Shown in pieces: positions 43,911 through 57,400 of a stretch of 64,000 nt of DNA. The notes beneath the pieces were generated by a model. That model saw nothing but the letters and a program-made list of their open reading frames with translations. It made no database searches and had not been told where the DNA came from. This DNA is from a virus (lineage: Duplodnaviria > Heunggongvirae > Uroviricota > Caudoviricetes). Within the stretch, counting starts at the first letter, position 1, and every line of letters starts with the position of its first letter. Location: the IMG/VR virus record IMGVR_UViG_3300021256_000058, positions 53,823 to 117,822 of that record, one strand, 5' to 3'. Position numbers and translations under genes: made by a program.

Positions 43911-46237
43911 TGAGAAATGCTTTATATGATGAAAATTTTTTGCTTGCGCTTGAGGCGAAAAACGAACGGACGGTTTGGGCACGTGTAACGTGCCTAACCG
44001 CCCTTGAAGAACCAATAGAGTACATTGAAGGAAAAGTTACTGGTGGTTCAATTAATATTGATGGTGCTAGTGCGGTTCGTCGATCATTTAATATGACAAT
44101 GGTTGCCAAGGATGTTAATATCAATGATTTCTATTGGGGATTAAAAACTAAGGTAAAAGTTGAAATTGGATTGTCTAATACAATTGATCCAACCTATCCA
44201 GAAATTATTTGGTTTAAGCAAGGTATTTTTATTTTAACATCTTTTAGCACAGCCTTATCTACTAATAACTATACAATTAGTTTAGGCGGTAAAGATAAAA
44301 TGTGCTTGCTTAATGGCGATGTCGCGGGCAGCCTCCCGCATAGCACTGATTTTGGAGCAGAAGATGTTTATGACTCTACTACTGGGATTACAACTCGTCA
44401 CAAAATTCCTATTAAGACAATTATTAAAGAAGCTGTACATCATTTTGGGAATGAGTTATGGCAGAATATAATTATTAATGATCTTGATGATTGGGGACTT
44501 CGAGTATTAGAATACCGTGGGAATCAACCTCTTTATCTATTCCGTAATATAGATAGCGGTGTTTTTATTCAAATGACTATGAATGAAAATCAAAGCTGCT
44601 ATTATGCAGAAAGTAATGTTGAAGTAAAGGTAAACCATATTCCAGTATATGATAATTTATTTAATGAATAGAATGGATTAATCAATCAAGCGACAAGAGT
44701 TAAACTATCTTTGGCTGCTGATGCGAATACTTATACTGTTGCTAAATTAGAGTACGGTTCATTGGCTGGTAATGAGGTTATTGATCTTGTTTATCCTGAT
44801 GATTTGATTGCCAATATTGGTGAAAGTATTACATCAGTTTTAGATAAATTAGTTCAAATGCTTGGTCCTTTTGAATATTTCTATGATGTTGATGGTAGAT
44901 TTGTTTTTCAAAGAAAAAAGAATTTTATTTCTACTGATTGGAATGGCATCTCTACTGATGGCCTTGGAGAAATTTATGCTGATTCTGGAGTAAATGATCA
45001 TACTGTTTATAATTTTCAAGGAAGTACTTTAGTCACTTCTTTTAATAACGCTCCAAATCTTTTAAATCTTCGTAATGATTTTAGTGTTTGGGGAGTAAAA
45101 AAGAGCCAAAGTGGTGGCTCTGATATCCCTATTCATATGCGCTATGCTATTGATAAGAAACCAGAATATTATGTAACGTTTGACAATAAAGAGTATATGG
45201 CATCTGACAACAATGAACGTGGGATAAAATTATTTTATACTTTTCTTGGGAATGAATATGAAGAAGGCGAAGAAGATAGATTAGTAGAAGATTGCCATAT
45301 TGAGATGCGTAGATTGGCTAAATTAAACGGTTCTACCTCTTTAAAAGAAAATGCTTTTGAAGACTGGGGCTTAGATGTATTATTAAAAACAAAGGCTTTT
45401 AATATTACTGTTGCTTCTACTGGAGAGCTAATTGCAGTCTCTGTTCCTTTTCCAACTCCCAAAATGCATTCGGCCTATCTTCATGATTGGCGTGAATTGA
45501 TTTATTAGATGGCTTTGGACTATCGTAGATATAATCATAATTTAGGTATGAGCACCACAGGAGAAGGTAATGGAGATGAGTTCTTTCTAGAACTCAGTGA
45601 TCGCAATCCGCAATATCCAAATGGAAAAACTGGATATGAACAATATTATACAGACATTGAAGGCTTTTGGAGATTATTATATGATCCAAATCCCGAAGAT
45701 GTATCAAAATATGATTCTGCTACTTATTGGAATTATGATGTAAGTAAAGATCCAGCAAGTTTAATTTTCTGGATTGATTTTTTAGATGTTGATACTGATC
45801 TTGGTCAATACTCAGTGTAGGCTATTGGGGATAGGCCAAAATCCATTAATGACAATAAAGTAACAGCTATATATTATTAGGAAACCCCTACTGTTATTTT
45901 TACCACAGAAGCAGAATATAATAGTAGTGATGTAAAAACAGGTTATACTTATATATGGCTTCAACCGCATATGAAGAACCTATTTACAATAACTTCTAAA
46001 GGTAAATCTGCTAAAGAGCAGGTAGACCAAATGCTTTATGATTATTCATATTGTACAGAAAGTGCTACTATTGTTACTATTCCAATTTATCGTCTTGACC
46101 CAAATACTCGTATTTATGTAAGAGATGATAATAGTGGTATTAATGGGCAGTATATTATAAGCAAAATTACTATTCCATTGGCCTATAATGGGACAATGAA
46201 TATTACAGCCACAAAAGCTGTAGAAAGTATTATATAA
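43910..46237 (+). CDS. Tail-tip hub (Tal-like) protein (775 aa in code 15)
   Basis: Four fragments joined by TAG; EG.VTGGSINIDG.SAVRR N-terminus and IPIYRLDPN..I.V.D..SGI.G.YII C-terminus. Confidence 0.7.
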
Positions 46238-46251
46238 GGAGGAAACGGAGA

Positions 46252-46701
46252 ATGGCAAAGCAAGTTAAGCAATTTCGCTATTATGGCGAAGGCGATGCTC
46301 GCAATTACCCAGGAGCAAATGATGTTTCTAAGAACCCAATGAGACGTTCTACTTTGAAATCTGGTAGCGTATTTTCTGAATATATGCCAATTATTCAGCT
46401 AGGCATTCAGGCATATCCTGGGATTAAATTCTATATAAACAATTCGTCTAATCCTGTTATCGTTGGTCAGACCGGTATCTATGAACTCAATGTAGATGGT
46501 TTGTCTGAGATTACTTCCTTACGCTTTGACGGCACAACACTTGACGCTATTGAAAAAAGTGTAACTGGTAATACTGTAGTAGGACCGCGCACAGCCTATG
46601 ATCCTACTACTAATACCGCAGCTACTGGAATTGGAACTTCTGGTGGTATTACTAATTTTTCAATTATCGTTGATGTAATTTATGAGGATGGAGAGGAGTA
46701 A
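46252..46701 (+). CDS. Small tail protein (149 aa, no TAG)
   Basis: AAGGAGG SD; IQLGIQA.PG..F..N...I.VG.TG.YEL motif, echoed inside the 40953 gene. Confidence 0.7.
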   Translation: MAKQVKQFRYYGEGDARNYPGANDVSKNPMRRSTLKSGSVFSEYMPIIQLGIQAYPGIKFYINNSSNPVIVGQTGIYELNVDGLSEITSLRFDGTTLDAIEKSVTGNTVVGPRTAYDPTTNTAATGIGTSGGITNFSIIVDVIYEDGEE

Positions 46702-46707
46702 TAAATA

Positions 46708-49700
46708 ATGGGATTTTATGGAAATGTAAGTAACGCCCAAAATGTTACTTTTACCTTTGACCGCATTTACCCCAACTTCGCCCTCATGAGTGAAAACTGT
46801 GCGGTCGATGGTGTATACCCAGGCAGATTTGTTCTTGTTGAATATGATACAGCATTAACGATCGGTACTCGTGGTTTTCTAAGAGTATTTAGAGGTAACG
46901 ATGGTCAATATTATATTGATCCTTTAAGAACCCCAGAAACTTTATTGTATTATGGTGGGACTGATAGTAGCAATACTATTACTCACGGTCGTTTAGCTTA
47001 TTATACTGAAAATGATGACTACGATGGATTAACTGGCGAACCTGGTTTAGTTACATTTTTAATTTGTAGCAATACACAATCTGATTTATCTGGTTCTGTC
47101 CCAGCAGAATTTGTTGAAATAGTAACCAGTGACAATCGTCCTTATACTATTAACTTTAATGTTGATAAAAACTATTTGATGTATCATAAAGGTGCATCAG
47201 CTAAAGACATCGGTAGAGGCTATGATTCTACTGTTTGGGAGAAAATGTACATCAATGGCAAAGAGCAATATGTACAAATTGCTGAATTAAATTCAGTAGT
47301 TCCTACATTCGACATTGGCATGGATGCTCCTACATCATCTCCTATCATCCCTCACTGGGATACCAATAGTACAACAGTTTATTATAAAGTACACTGGCAG
47401 CCACAATGGGGTATGCGCCAGAAGGCCGCATCCACAATGGCTGGACCAAAGTTTACCGATGATGGCGTCCCAGTTGCTAATCAAATAGATGTATGGGGCG
47501 ACAATAATGCTGATTACTCTATTGATAAAACTAATTATCCAAGTGATCAGACAACTACCTGGGTCCGCAGAGAATATAATAAGACAACTGATAGATATAC
47601 CTATTACTATTACGCTAAAGAAACTGTTACTGATGAAGAAACTGGCGAAACAGAAGACCGTTGGAATTGGTATACTCAAGAACAGTTAAATGGTAATGCA
47701 GATCTAGATCAAAATATTCCGGCGGCAATTTATTTCAATGCTGCTGGTTTTGATAGTGCGGTCAGTCATTATAGTTCTGATGAACCAACAGCAAAGTTGG
47801 AAGCTAATGGTTGGGATGGTAAAGATAGAATTACCATGGATGCTTCTGGTATTAGCGGTCACCTTTATGGCAAACATGATGGTAGTATTAATAAAGATGT
47901 TGCTGAAGATATCCAAGAACTTTCTGTAATGTTGCCATCTGTTGGTGATACAATTGCAAAAGTTTGGGATATTGTTTATGGTGATCGTGAGTTAAATGGT
48001 TATACTAAGGACACAACTACTGGTGAGTGGGTACTCCCAGAAGGTGAGACAAGTTTTAAGCGTAACCAAGATATCCAGTGGGATTCTACTCAAGGATTAC
48101 GTGCAGTTACTTTAAATCCAGACTCTTTAGGATATAAATATAATACTGCACCAATAAATACATTAGCTGGTGTTATTAATAGCACTCATGATTTAATGGG
48201 TATGATCCTCGTTGAATCTGATGCTCCAATGAATGGCGAAGAGACTATTCGTAATGCAGATTTTGGTAAGATCTATTACTTTACCAGAGATGAAAAGTTC
48301 TGCCGCAAGCATAAAACTTATACTTATAGTGGACAAACTGTTGATGATTATATTTGGCGCCCTGTTGAGTTAACTGCTGACTCTTGGGAACAGAATGTTT
48401 ATTATTATATAGACGCAAATGGTTCTCTTAATGTAACTGCGGAGGACGGCTCTGCGGTGAAACTGAGCGCGGACCGTAGTTCTGAATTTGATAGTAATAA
48501 GCAATACTATGCTAAATATATTAAAGAATTTTCATATACTGCCTTAGATCATGATTTAATTGATTATGAGCCAGGCAGATATTATTACAAAGATCCTTTT
48601 GGTAACTATACATTAGCTACTGAGCCAAGTTTCTTTGTTGATAAGAATTATTATAGTTTCACCAACCCACCTGAAGGCCCATTAGAGTTTAGTGCAAGTT
48701 ATGAGCCAAATAGATATTGGTATAAACTAAATAACAATTTCTATCTTGACACAAATGAAATTATTGATGGTTCTCGAAATTATGTAACCTTTACTCCACA
48801 ACAAATTACAAAATATATTTATGGCGCCAATCTTTATTATTATAGTACTGAGACTGGCATGCATGCAGACCCGGAAGGAACTCCTACTGATGAACGTGAA
48901 TATTTTGTAAGAACTTTGGAAAAAATGGAAGGTACAGAAGATCAATACCGTGAGGTATTTACTTCGATAGGCACATGGGGTAGTGAAGGATGTACGTTAG
49001 TATAGTATACTCCTAATATGTACTATCAGCGTTTGAGCCGTCAAGAGACTAGCTCTGAGCAGACTTCTGTTGGAGATGAACCGGTTCAAACCACAGAAAT
49101 TCCGTATGAATACCGTCTATTAACAGCTCCAACTTTTGAAGGCGGAACTTCAACATTAAATTATTATGTTATTGAACCTGAAGAAGTACGGCCTGCTTTC
49201 TTGTATGTTCCTAATGTATATTATTACAAAGATGAAAATACATATTATTTAGCTTATAGCTCAGTTTTGAGCGATACTGCTGAATACTATCGTATTAACC
49301 CACAAGATATCGTTAAAGCTGAAGGCTTTTATAAAGCTAATACCTATTATATTAATGATAATGGTACTTATAGATTAGATTCTTCTTTGACAAAAGATCA
49401 TCCTTATAATGAATATTATCTTAGAGATACTTATTATGTCTTTAATGATGATTTAAATTATTATAGTCAAGGCGCCGTTTGGAACGATATTATGAATCTT
49501 ATTCCAAACACTATTACACTTGGTACTCGCACTGAAGCATACGATATGGTTGAGTTGCCTGAGTTTGCTCGCGGTATGAATACTCTCCATGGCGCTATTC
49601 TCAAGATGGCACAATTGATGGAAGTTGGCGACGCGCAGACTCGTGATAAATCTACTATGCAGGGCTGCATTAACTCAATGAATGATATTCTTAATAAGTT

Positions 49701-51648
49701 CGGAGAGTTTTCACCAAGACAATTCTTAATTGTTGATAATTATGGTAGATTAACCAGCACTGAGTGGACAACAGAGCAGCCTTATGTTGCTACTAATCAT
49801 GGCTTCTTGACAAATAATACTACTACATTAGCACCTGCAAAAGATCGTTGGATTCATCTGTCCATGGATGACAATGCTGCTTCTCCGTTGCTCACAATTC
49901 GTCATGAGTTTACTTCCGTTCCAGATACCACTTCTACCGCAAATAAAAATGCAGCCGTAGGCACTGGATTGAATAAAGGTATTACTGACGATTTGAAATT
50001 ATATACTCCAATTGTTGATAGTACTGGTCACGTTGTAGGTAAGAATGTTGAGACTGTTACTTTGCCTTATGGTTTTAAATCATTCACAGTAACGAATAGT
50101 TCAACAGATACTTCCTATACTGATGGCACTACCAATAATGTAATCGCAAATACTACACAAGATATATTAAATTTTGCTGCTGGGAATAAGTGGATACGTT
50201 TTGCAACAACTCCATTAGATGACAAAATTACTATCGCGCACGAGACTCACTCCATTGATACTGAAGCTGTTGATGGTACTGATTTTAATGCGGATGGTGC
50301 AGTTTCTTTCTTCACAGTTCAAGATTTAACATTTGATACTGCGGGACATGTTGTATCTAATAAGAATCATTCATATACATTACCTTACACTTTCAAAACT
50401 ATTGAGTTAGAAAATGTAACGACAGATACAGCTTGGTCTTAGAGTGGCGAGTCTACAACCTCTATTGTTGCAGATGGGATTACTGATACCTTTAAATTTA
50501 AGGGCGGTAATAAATGGATTCGTTTCACTAGTCATGTTAATAGTGATGAATTACTTATTGCACATGAGACACATGAAATTGATATAGCTGCAGCAACAGA
50601 GACAAATCTGAATAGTGACAGCACAGGTACTCTTATTATTCCGGATTGGAGCTATGATGTAGCTGGACATATTACTGCTAAGAAGAGTCATAGTTATACT
50701 TTGCCTTATAACTTTAAGACTATTACTCCAGGCAATACAAATTCATGGGCAGTTTCAGCTACTACAAATACCACTTCAGCTGTTGCTGATTCAGTCTACG
50801 ATACCTTAACTATTCAAGGCGACAATAACTGGATAAAGATTCGTGGCAATAACTCCAATAATGATTAGATTATTATTGGCCACGGTGCCCCAGATACCAC
50901 AGCGGCTAACTTGACCGCGAATACTGGCGCGTCCGATAGCAATATTATTACTAATGCATTTGGCTCTGCAATTACAATTCCAACATTTAAGTATGATGCT
51001 GCTGGCCATATCTCAAGCACTAGTAGCTTTACAGTTAATATCCCAGGATTGACATTACTTGATGCTGCATCTGATACTACTAGTACAGCAGAAATCCTTT
51101 CCGGTTTCAGTTATACAGCTCCTGCATAGGGAAACAATTATACTGGACAATTGCAAGCAAAAAAACGTAACGTAACTTCGCTCCTGATGACGGGGTATGA
51201 GGCTCCTCCACAGGCCGGCGCGCAGACAATCGCGGCCACTGACACCGTTGGACAAGCCTTTAATAAGTTACAAGCTAGCGTTGATGCAGTTGAAGCTTCC
51301 ATTGGTACATTAAATGGTGCTAATACAGTTACAGGATCTGTCGCAAAGAGTATTAAAGACGCAATTGATGCATTAGACAGTACCAGTTCTACTGATACTG
51401 ACACTAGTACTCATGTATTTGTAACCTCAGTCACTCAGACTGATGGTAAAGTTACTGTAAAAACAAGAGCATTAGCTAAAGCTGACATTCCTGCACTTGA
51501 TTATATTTCATCTACTGCAAAACCAACAGATGTAGTAAAATCTGGCACAGGTAGCTCTACTACTAATTATAGTAATCAAACTTATATAGACATTATTAAA
51601 GATTTAGCTGCAAGAGTAGCGACTCTTGAGGCAGCAGCTAACTCCTGA
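46708..51648 (+). CDS. Tail fibre-like protein (1646 aa in code 15) with Tyr-rich repeats and repeated GNKWI/AGH fibre segments
   Basis: Only 3 TAG (49003, 50440, 51127); TGA stop. Confidence 0.75.
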
Positions 51649-51660
51649 TCCTCCTAATTA

Positions 51661-51692
51661 ATAGACTCGGTCTAATAAGGCCGAGTCTATTT
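51661..51692 (+). terminator. Hairpin terminator
   Basis: ATAGACTCGG/CCGAGTCTAT followed by an AT-rich tract. Confidence 0.65.
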
Positions 51693-51756
51693 AATTTAAT
51701 GTAAACTTTTTCTAAATAAAATAGGAAGTCTTAGAGGAAAGGAGTGAATCAAGTTT

Positions 51757-52470
51757 ATGCCACAATCACCGTTGAATTATCCGACTGATTCGCCTAACTA
51801 TATACGAATTAGACGTGGTACTCCAAATGCGTATAAACGATTAAGATATAAAGATCCTAACACTTTATATTTTATTGCAGAGAAAGAAGCCACTACAGGT
51901 TTATTGTATATGGGCGATAAGCTGATTGCTGGTGGCGACACAAATGAATTTAATGCCGCAGAAGTATCTTTGGGTTAGTTAAAAGATGTAATCCAAGAGA
52001 ATGCAGGCGATAAAGATATTTTAGTATATGATGCTGGCACAAACAACTGGGTTAATGTAAGCATCAATGAAGTCATAAGCATCATGAAAGGCGCTACGGC
52101 TGACCTTGATGGTGAAGTTGGTCTAGTCCCGCAGCCAAAAGCCGGAGAAGAAGATATGGTTCTCCACGGGAATGGCTCCTGGGGTTTTATTGATATTGAA
52201 TACCCAACAACAGGGAATTTAGATCATGTAAAATAGAAACTTACTGATTTAGATCAGAAAGTTGGTTCACTCGATAATGCAGACTTGGCAAACCGAGTTC
52301 AAGTCATTGAGAATTTTATGGAGATACGGAAGAATACTGTTACTGGGGCTCCCGTATCAATATTAGTTAATAAGGTTGGTAATCTAGAATAGAGTTTGCG
52401 TGATACGAACTCTGAGATTACAAATATAAAGCTACGATTGACTTGGTAGCCATATGATAACAAAACATGA
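51757..52470 (+). CDS. Tail fibre-associated protein (237 aa in code 15) with Mtd_N-like N-terminus
   Basis: IRIRRGT...PNTLYF...LYMGD; GAT...G..GLVP.P.AG motif; 4 TAG. Confidence 0.65.
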
Positions 52471-52489
52471 AAAAGGAGGAAAAAGCTGA

Positions 52490-54358
52490 ATGGATGTCCT
52501 ATTTAAAAGAGGCTCACAAGCTGCTATTGAAACTCTTATAAGTACAGCGAATAGCGCCACAGAAGGCTCTTTTTATTTAACTGAAGACACTAACCGATTA
52601 TATATTGGTAAAAATATCAGCACAACCAGTACTGCTGATGTGCGTCCAGTAGCTGTTAACCAAGGTGTTATTAATGTAGCTAGCGTTGCTAATTTGCCTG
52701 CTTTAGACAGCACAGAAATGGGCCAATTCTATTACTGCGCTGCAGAGAATGTTCTTTGTGTATTAAGTGGTAAACCAGGTCTCGCACGTTGGGTACAAAT
52801 TAACCCTGACACTAATACATCAATTAAGACCCATACTATTGGTGTTAGCACAACTAGTGGCGTTGCTACAGTTACTTCTACTATTACAGAAAAAATTTCC
52901 ACAGGTGGCTCCGTATCTGATGGCGATACTTATGATCCATCCTTCACCTTACAAGGTGATAATGGTATTGATGTTTCTAATACTGGAAATGCAATTACCA
53001 TTGAAGGTGAAAAGAATGCTCTCCAAGTAGCTGCAGGCACAGGTGTTTCCGCAGACAAATCTGCTACTGTTACTTTAACATCCGATAAGTTTGATACTAC
53101 AGCAGGTGACCGCAATAGTGTTGTAACCTTTGCGGGCGGCACTGATATGAAGGTCACTGTTAGTGGTAATACTATTACTTATAGCTTTGATGGTAAAGAT
53201 ATTGGCGATGCTGATTTAATCATCAGTAATGGTGATGTTGATACTGCTGGTAGTACAGTTGGTTTCACTATCACATTGGACGATGACACTAACAGTACTC
53301 ATGGTTATTTTGATCCAACTATTCAGATAGGCACTCATAGTGATTCATTGATTCACTTTGATGGTGGTAAAGCTACTTTACCTGTTTATACCAAAGATGA
53401 AGTCGATGATAAGATTCATGACTTTGATGCTATGTCTTATAAAGGCACCATTGGTAGCACTGGTACCTATACCGCTGTTGATCTTGGTGGTACTGCTACT
53501 TCTGGAGTTTTAACTGAAGCTCACAATGGTGATACCTTTAAAGTATCTGGTTCACTTTCAGGCCCAGGTTTAACCGGTAAGTTTGTTGATGCTAATGGTA
53601 AGATTTATGGTTTAGTTGATGGCAACTCTGACTACAATCAGATCCAACTTAAGGCTGGCGACTTACTGATTATGCAAGGCACTGAGTTAGCTGATGGTAC
53701 ATTAGATCCAACAACCGTATGGTTTGATTATGTGCCTTCCGCAAATGACTATGATACTCAGTACACAGGTTATACTGTTGATAATGGTATTGAATTTAAG
53801 GAAAAAACTAGCGATGCTCCTTTAGGCGGTATCAAACTTGTTGCTTCCACCGATAATAATTCTATTACTATTACTGATAATACCAACCCAGGTACTACTA
53901 ATGTAACTAATACTGTAACTATTAAGCATAAAGAGAATTTCCAGGCAACTGGTTCTATGGTTCCTGCTGGCGACACGGCTCATGTTCCAGTTGGCGCCGA
54001 CGGTTACACTATGCAGAGAGCTACTGGTACTAGTAACTCTGAATTAGATATCCAAGTTCCACAATTCACATGGGATAAGGGTGGTCACTTAGCTAGTGTT
54101 AGTTATGTAACCTATAAAGTTGTTGATACTTATGGTGCTGGCGGTTCAGTTATTGACTATAAGGCTGAAAATATTACTTCAACAACTCCAAATGCAGCTG
54201 CGCCTAGCTTCTTGGCTTCTGCTGATTTAACAGTTGTTTCTGAGGCTGCTGATGGTACTTAGGCAAGCAAGACATTAAAATTAAAGTCTGATACTTTAGC
54301 AATGAGTCTTGATGGCACTAAGAACCTTAAGATTAATTTAGTATGGGGAACGTTCTAA
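52490..54358 (+). CDS. Tail fibre / receptor-binding-like protein (622 aa in code 15) with Mtd_N-like N-terminus
   Basis: VLFKRGS...EGSFYLTEDTNRLYIG; a single TAG at 54260; ends NLVWGTF-TAA. Confidence 0.7.
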
Positions 54359-54420
54359 GGGCAAACCTCATTAACTTGATGCGAAGAGTTTTTATATTCC
54401 TGTGAAGGAATGTTTTATAA

Positions 54421-54456
54421 GCGAAGTGAGATATTCCTCTCACTTCGCCTTTTTTT
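54421..54456 (+). terminator. Intrinsic terminator
   Basis: GCGAAGTGAG/CTCACTTCGC plus T tract. Confidence 0.85.
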
Positions 54457-54493
54457 ATTATGTAAATAAGATAGAAAGGAGATAATAGCTTTT

Positions 54494-57400
54494 ATGGATA
54501 ACGCAAGATTTAGACCTGTTCGTGGGTTAGAGGCTACTATTCAAGCAGCTCCTATCATTCCGGGTTATGTCTATTTTGCTCAAGATTCCAGAAAAATTTA
54601 TTTGGATATTGAAGATCCTGAAACTGGCACAGCTAGTCGTGTGTTGATGACATCAGCGCAGTCTGGCGGCGGTGGCGGTGGTAGCAACTCTGGTATCTTC
54701 TATGGTATTCGTGAAACTAGCGAAGAAGAAGATGAAAAGCCAACTCTTGAGTTCACTATTGCTGACATTGAAGGTGACGTGCTTCCTGGTATTGACGATC
54801 TAATTATCAATGAGCCAGATAGTTGTTTCTACCGCGTAATAGAACTAAATAATACTATTTCAGTTATCGCTAAGCGTTTAACTGTTGCAGGTAGCGGTGG
54901 AGAGTCATATACCTCTGGCGCCACTGTAGAATATGATCCAAACGCTATAAAAGCAGCATATATTGAAGGCCAAGAAAATTACTTGACCATTACTCCTTAT
55001 TCTGCTACCAATAAAGCTGGTACTTACCTCGATCCGTTCATGCAGCTAGAATGGTCTATCCGCAATAGTAATGATACTTCTATAATTTATGCTAGCGGTA
55101 GTCAAATGGTCGCAAATGGTGTGCCTATTGATTTCGAGTTCGGTACCAAGGTGTCCGCAGGTACTTCTTCCGTTTATAACCAGATTTGGTTTACATTAAC
55201 TGGTGCTAATAGCGGTACAATGAAGGCTCCTGTTAAGGCAACTGTTCTATGCGTAAAGATGACTTTATAGATGCATAAGGAGTTTGATCCTTTAACTGTT
55301 TATGGTCATAGTTTCACCATGAGCTGTAATGTTAGTGGCGCGATTGAGAAAATCTTGGTGTGGAAATTAGATAACGCTGTTGTTAGAACTGATATCCTTC
55401 CTGCTTCTGGCGATGGTAGTTCTGGCCGTCAGCAGTGTGTTGTTCAAGATGTTGAGCGCGGCGCGCACAAGGTAAAGATTGAGTTATATCAGTCACTTGC
55501 GGGTGAAAAAGGCGCTTCAGTCACACCACTAGAGTTTGAAATTGCCGTAGCTAGCAAAGATGATGAATCTACTGCTCCAATCATTTGGACTGGTAGCTAT
55601 CAATCTCAATATAATAACTATGATAGAATCGTTATTCCATTCATGGTTTATAACCCATAGAGTGAAACAAGTTTAGTTAGATTCTATAAGAATGCTGCTG
55701 AATTAAGTGTTTCTCCTGTGAATGTTACTTATACTACTGGTGTAGAATTTAGTAAGTTAGAAATTATTGATGCAACAATTTCTTCTGAAGTTGGTAAAAC
55801 TGTTCATAATACTTATCAGATTATTAGCGGTGATACTGTTAAAGAAGTTGAATTCGATGTATTACAAACTGGTAAAATGCTACTTGGTCAGCAAGATAGT
55901 TTGTTAGTAAACTTCAGCTCTGCAGGTCGTTCTAATAATGAGAGTGCGGTTAGTCGTCCAGTATGGTCTTTCAATAATCCTAATCAGAGTCTTGGCGAAG
56001 TTGTTGGCGTATTTGAAGGATTTAACTGGTATAATAATGGTTGGGTTACTGATGCAGATGGTAATACTTGCTTACGTATCAGTAATGGCGCCAGATTCTC
56101 TATTCCTATTGGACAAATCACTATGAACTCTACTACTGCAGGTAGTCAGTCATATACATTTGAATTCCAGTTTAAGATTCGTAATATTCAGAACTATGAG
56201 AAATTGATTTCTCTTGTTACTCACTATTACTTAGATGAAAATTAGACTTAGGATGATACTCAGATTTACGAACTCTATCGTAACGAGTATGCTACAGTAT
56301 ATGATACTTATGATCAATTCCTTCAGTGGTATTTGCCTACCATCGGTCGTTCTTACGATGACCTGGTTTATCGTAGTGTTGAGTCTGTTATTTCCGCAAG
56401 TACAGCATTATGTAACTATTATGATGGTACTAATGGTTTCTGCCTTGGTACTCAAGATGCATTCTTCAAGACCAACGTTGGTACTCTGACTTCTAACTAT
56501 GTTGAAGATCAGATTATTAATCTTACTTTGATCTATTCAAAGACTAAGAAGCTTGCATATATTTACTTAAATGGTGTTCTTGATGGCGCAGCTCAAATCC
56601 CTGATACGAACGCGTTTACAATTGAGAAAAACGCAATTGTATTCAACTCTGATTTCTGTGATATTGATCTTTATAAAGTGCGTGTGTATAACATCGACTT
56701 TGCTGTTGGTGAAGTACTTAATAACTACGCAGTTGACTTGAGAGATGTTCAGTTATATAATGAATCTAACTCTCTTGTTCGTGATGATGATAATTTAGAT
56801 TCTTAGGTGCTTGACTTTGATAAGATGATTACTTATAACCAAGAGCATCCTGATGAATATTTAATGCCTTATATTTTATTCCAGAATGTTGACACTGGCG
56901 CGCTTCCATATAGTAAAGCTGATGCGAAGAGCGCAGACATGACGTTTGTAAATACTGGTTTGGACCATGATTATGCAGCAGGACTTTTAGTTGAGAAAGC
57001 TAAGAATTATTCTGTTGGCGAAGTAAAAGTTGCTTGGATTACTCCTAACTTAGCAGCAGAACTCGCTGAAGCATATCCTGCCAACCAGGCTACTAGCGCT
57101 TATTGGTTCATGCTTAATGGCACTAAGACTTATGTTGCTATTAATTACAATATGTTATGGGGTCAAAATGGTGAGACTAAGTTAGATTGGAAGTTCAAGA
57201 AAAAAGCAGCAACACTTCCAGACAGTGACGAAGTCGATCCTGCAAAATCTTATGAGATTTGTGTATTTAGACATCTTGACAATGTAAGTAACTTCTATCT
57301 GCATCATGGAGCTTCTTTCCATGCTGTTGGTGGTGAAATCAAGACTCAAGGTACTTCTTCACAATTCTATCCTCGTCGTAACTATAAATATAAAGGCAAG

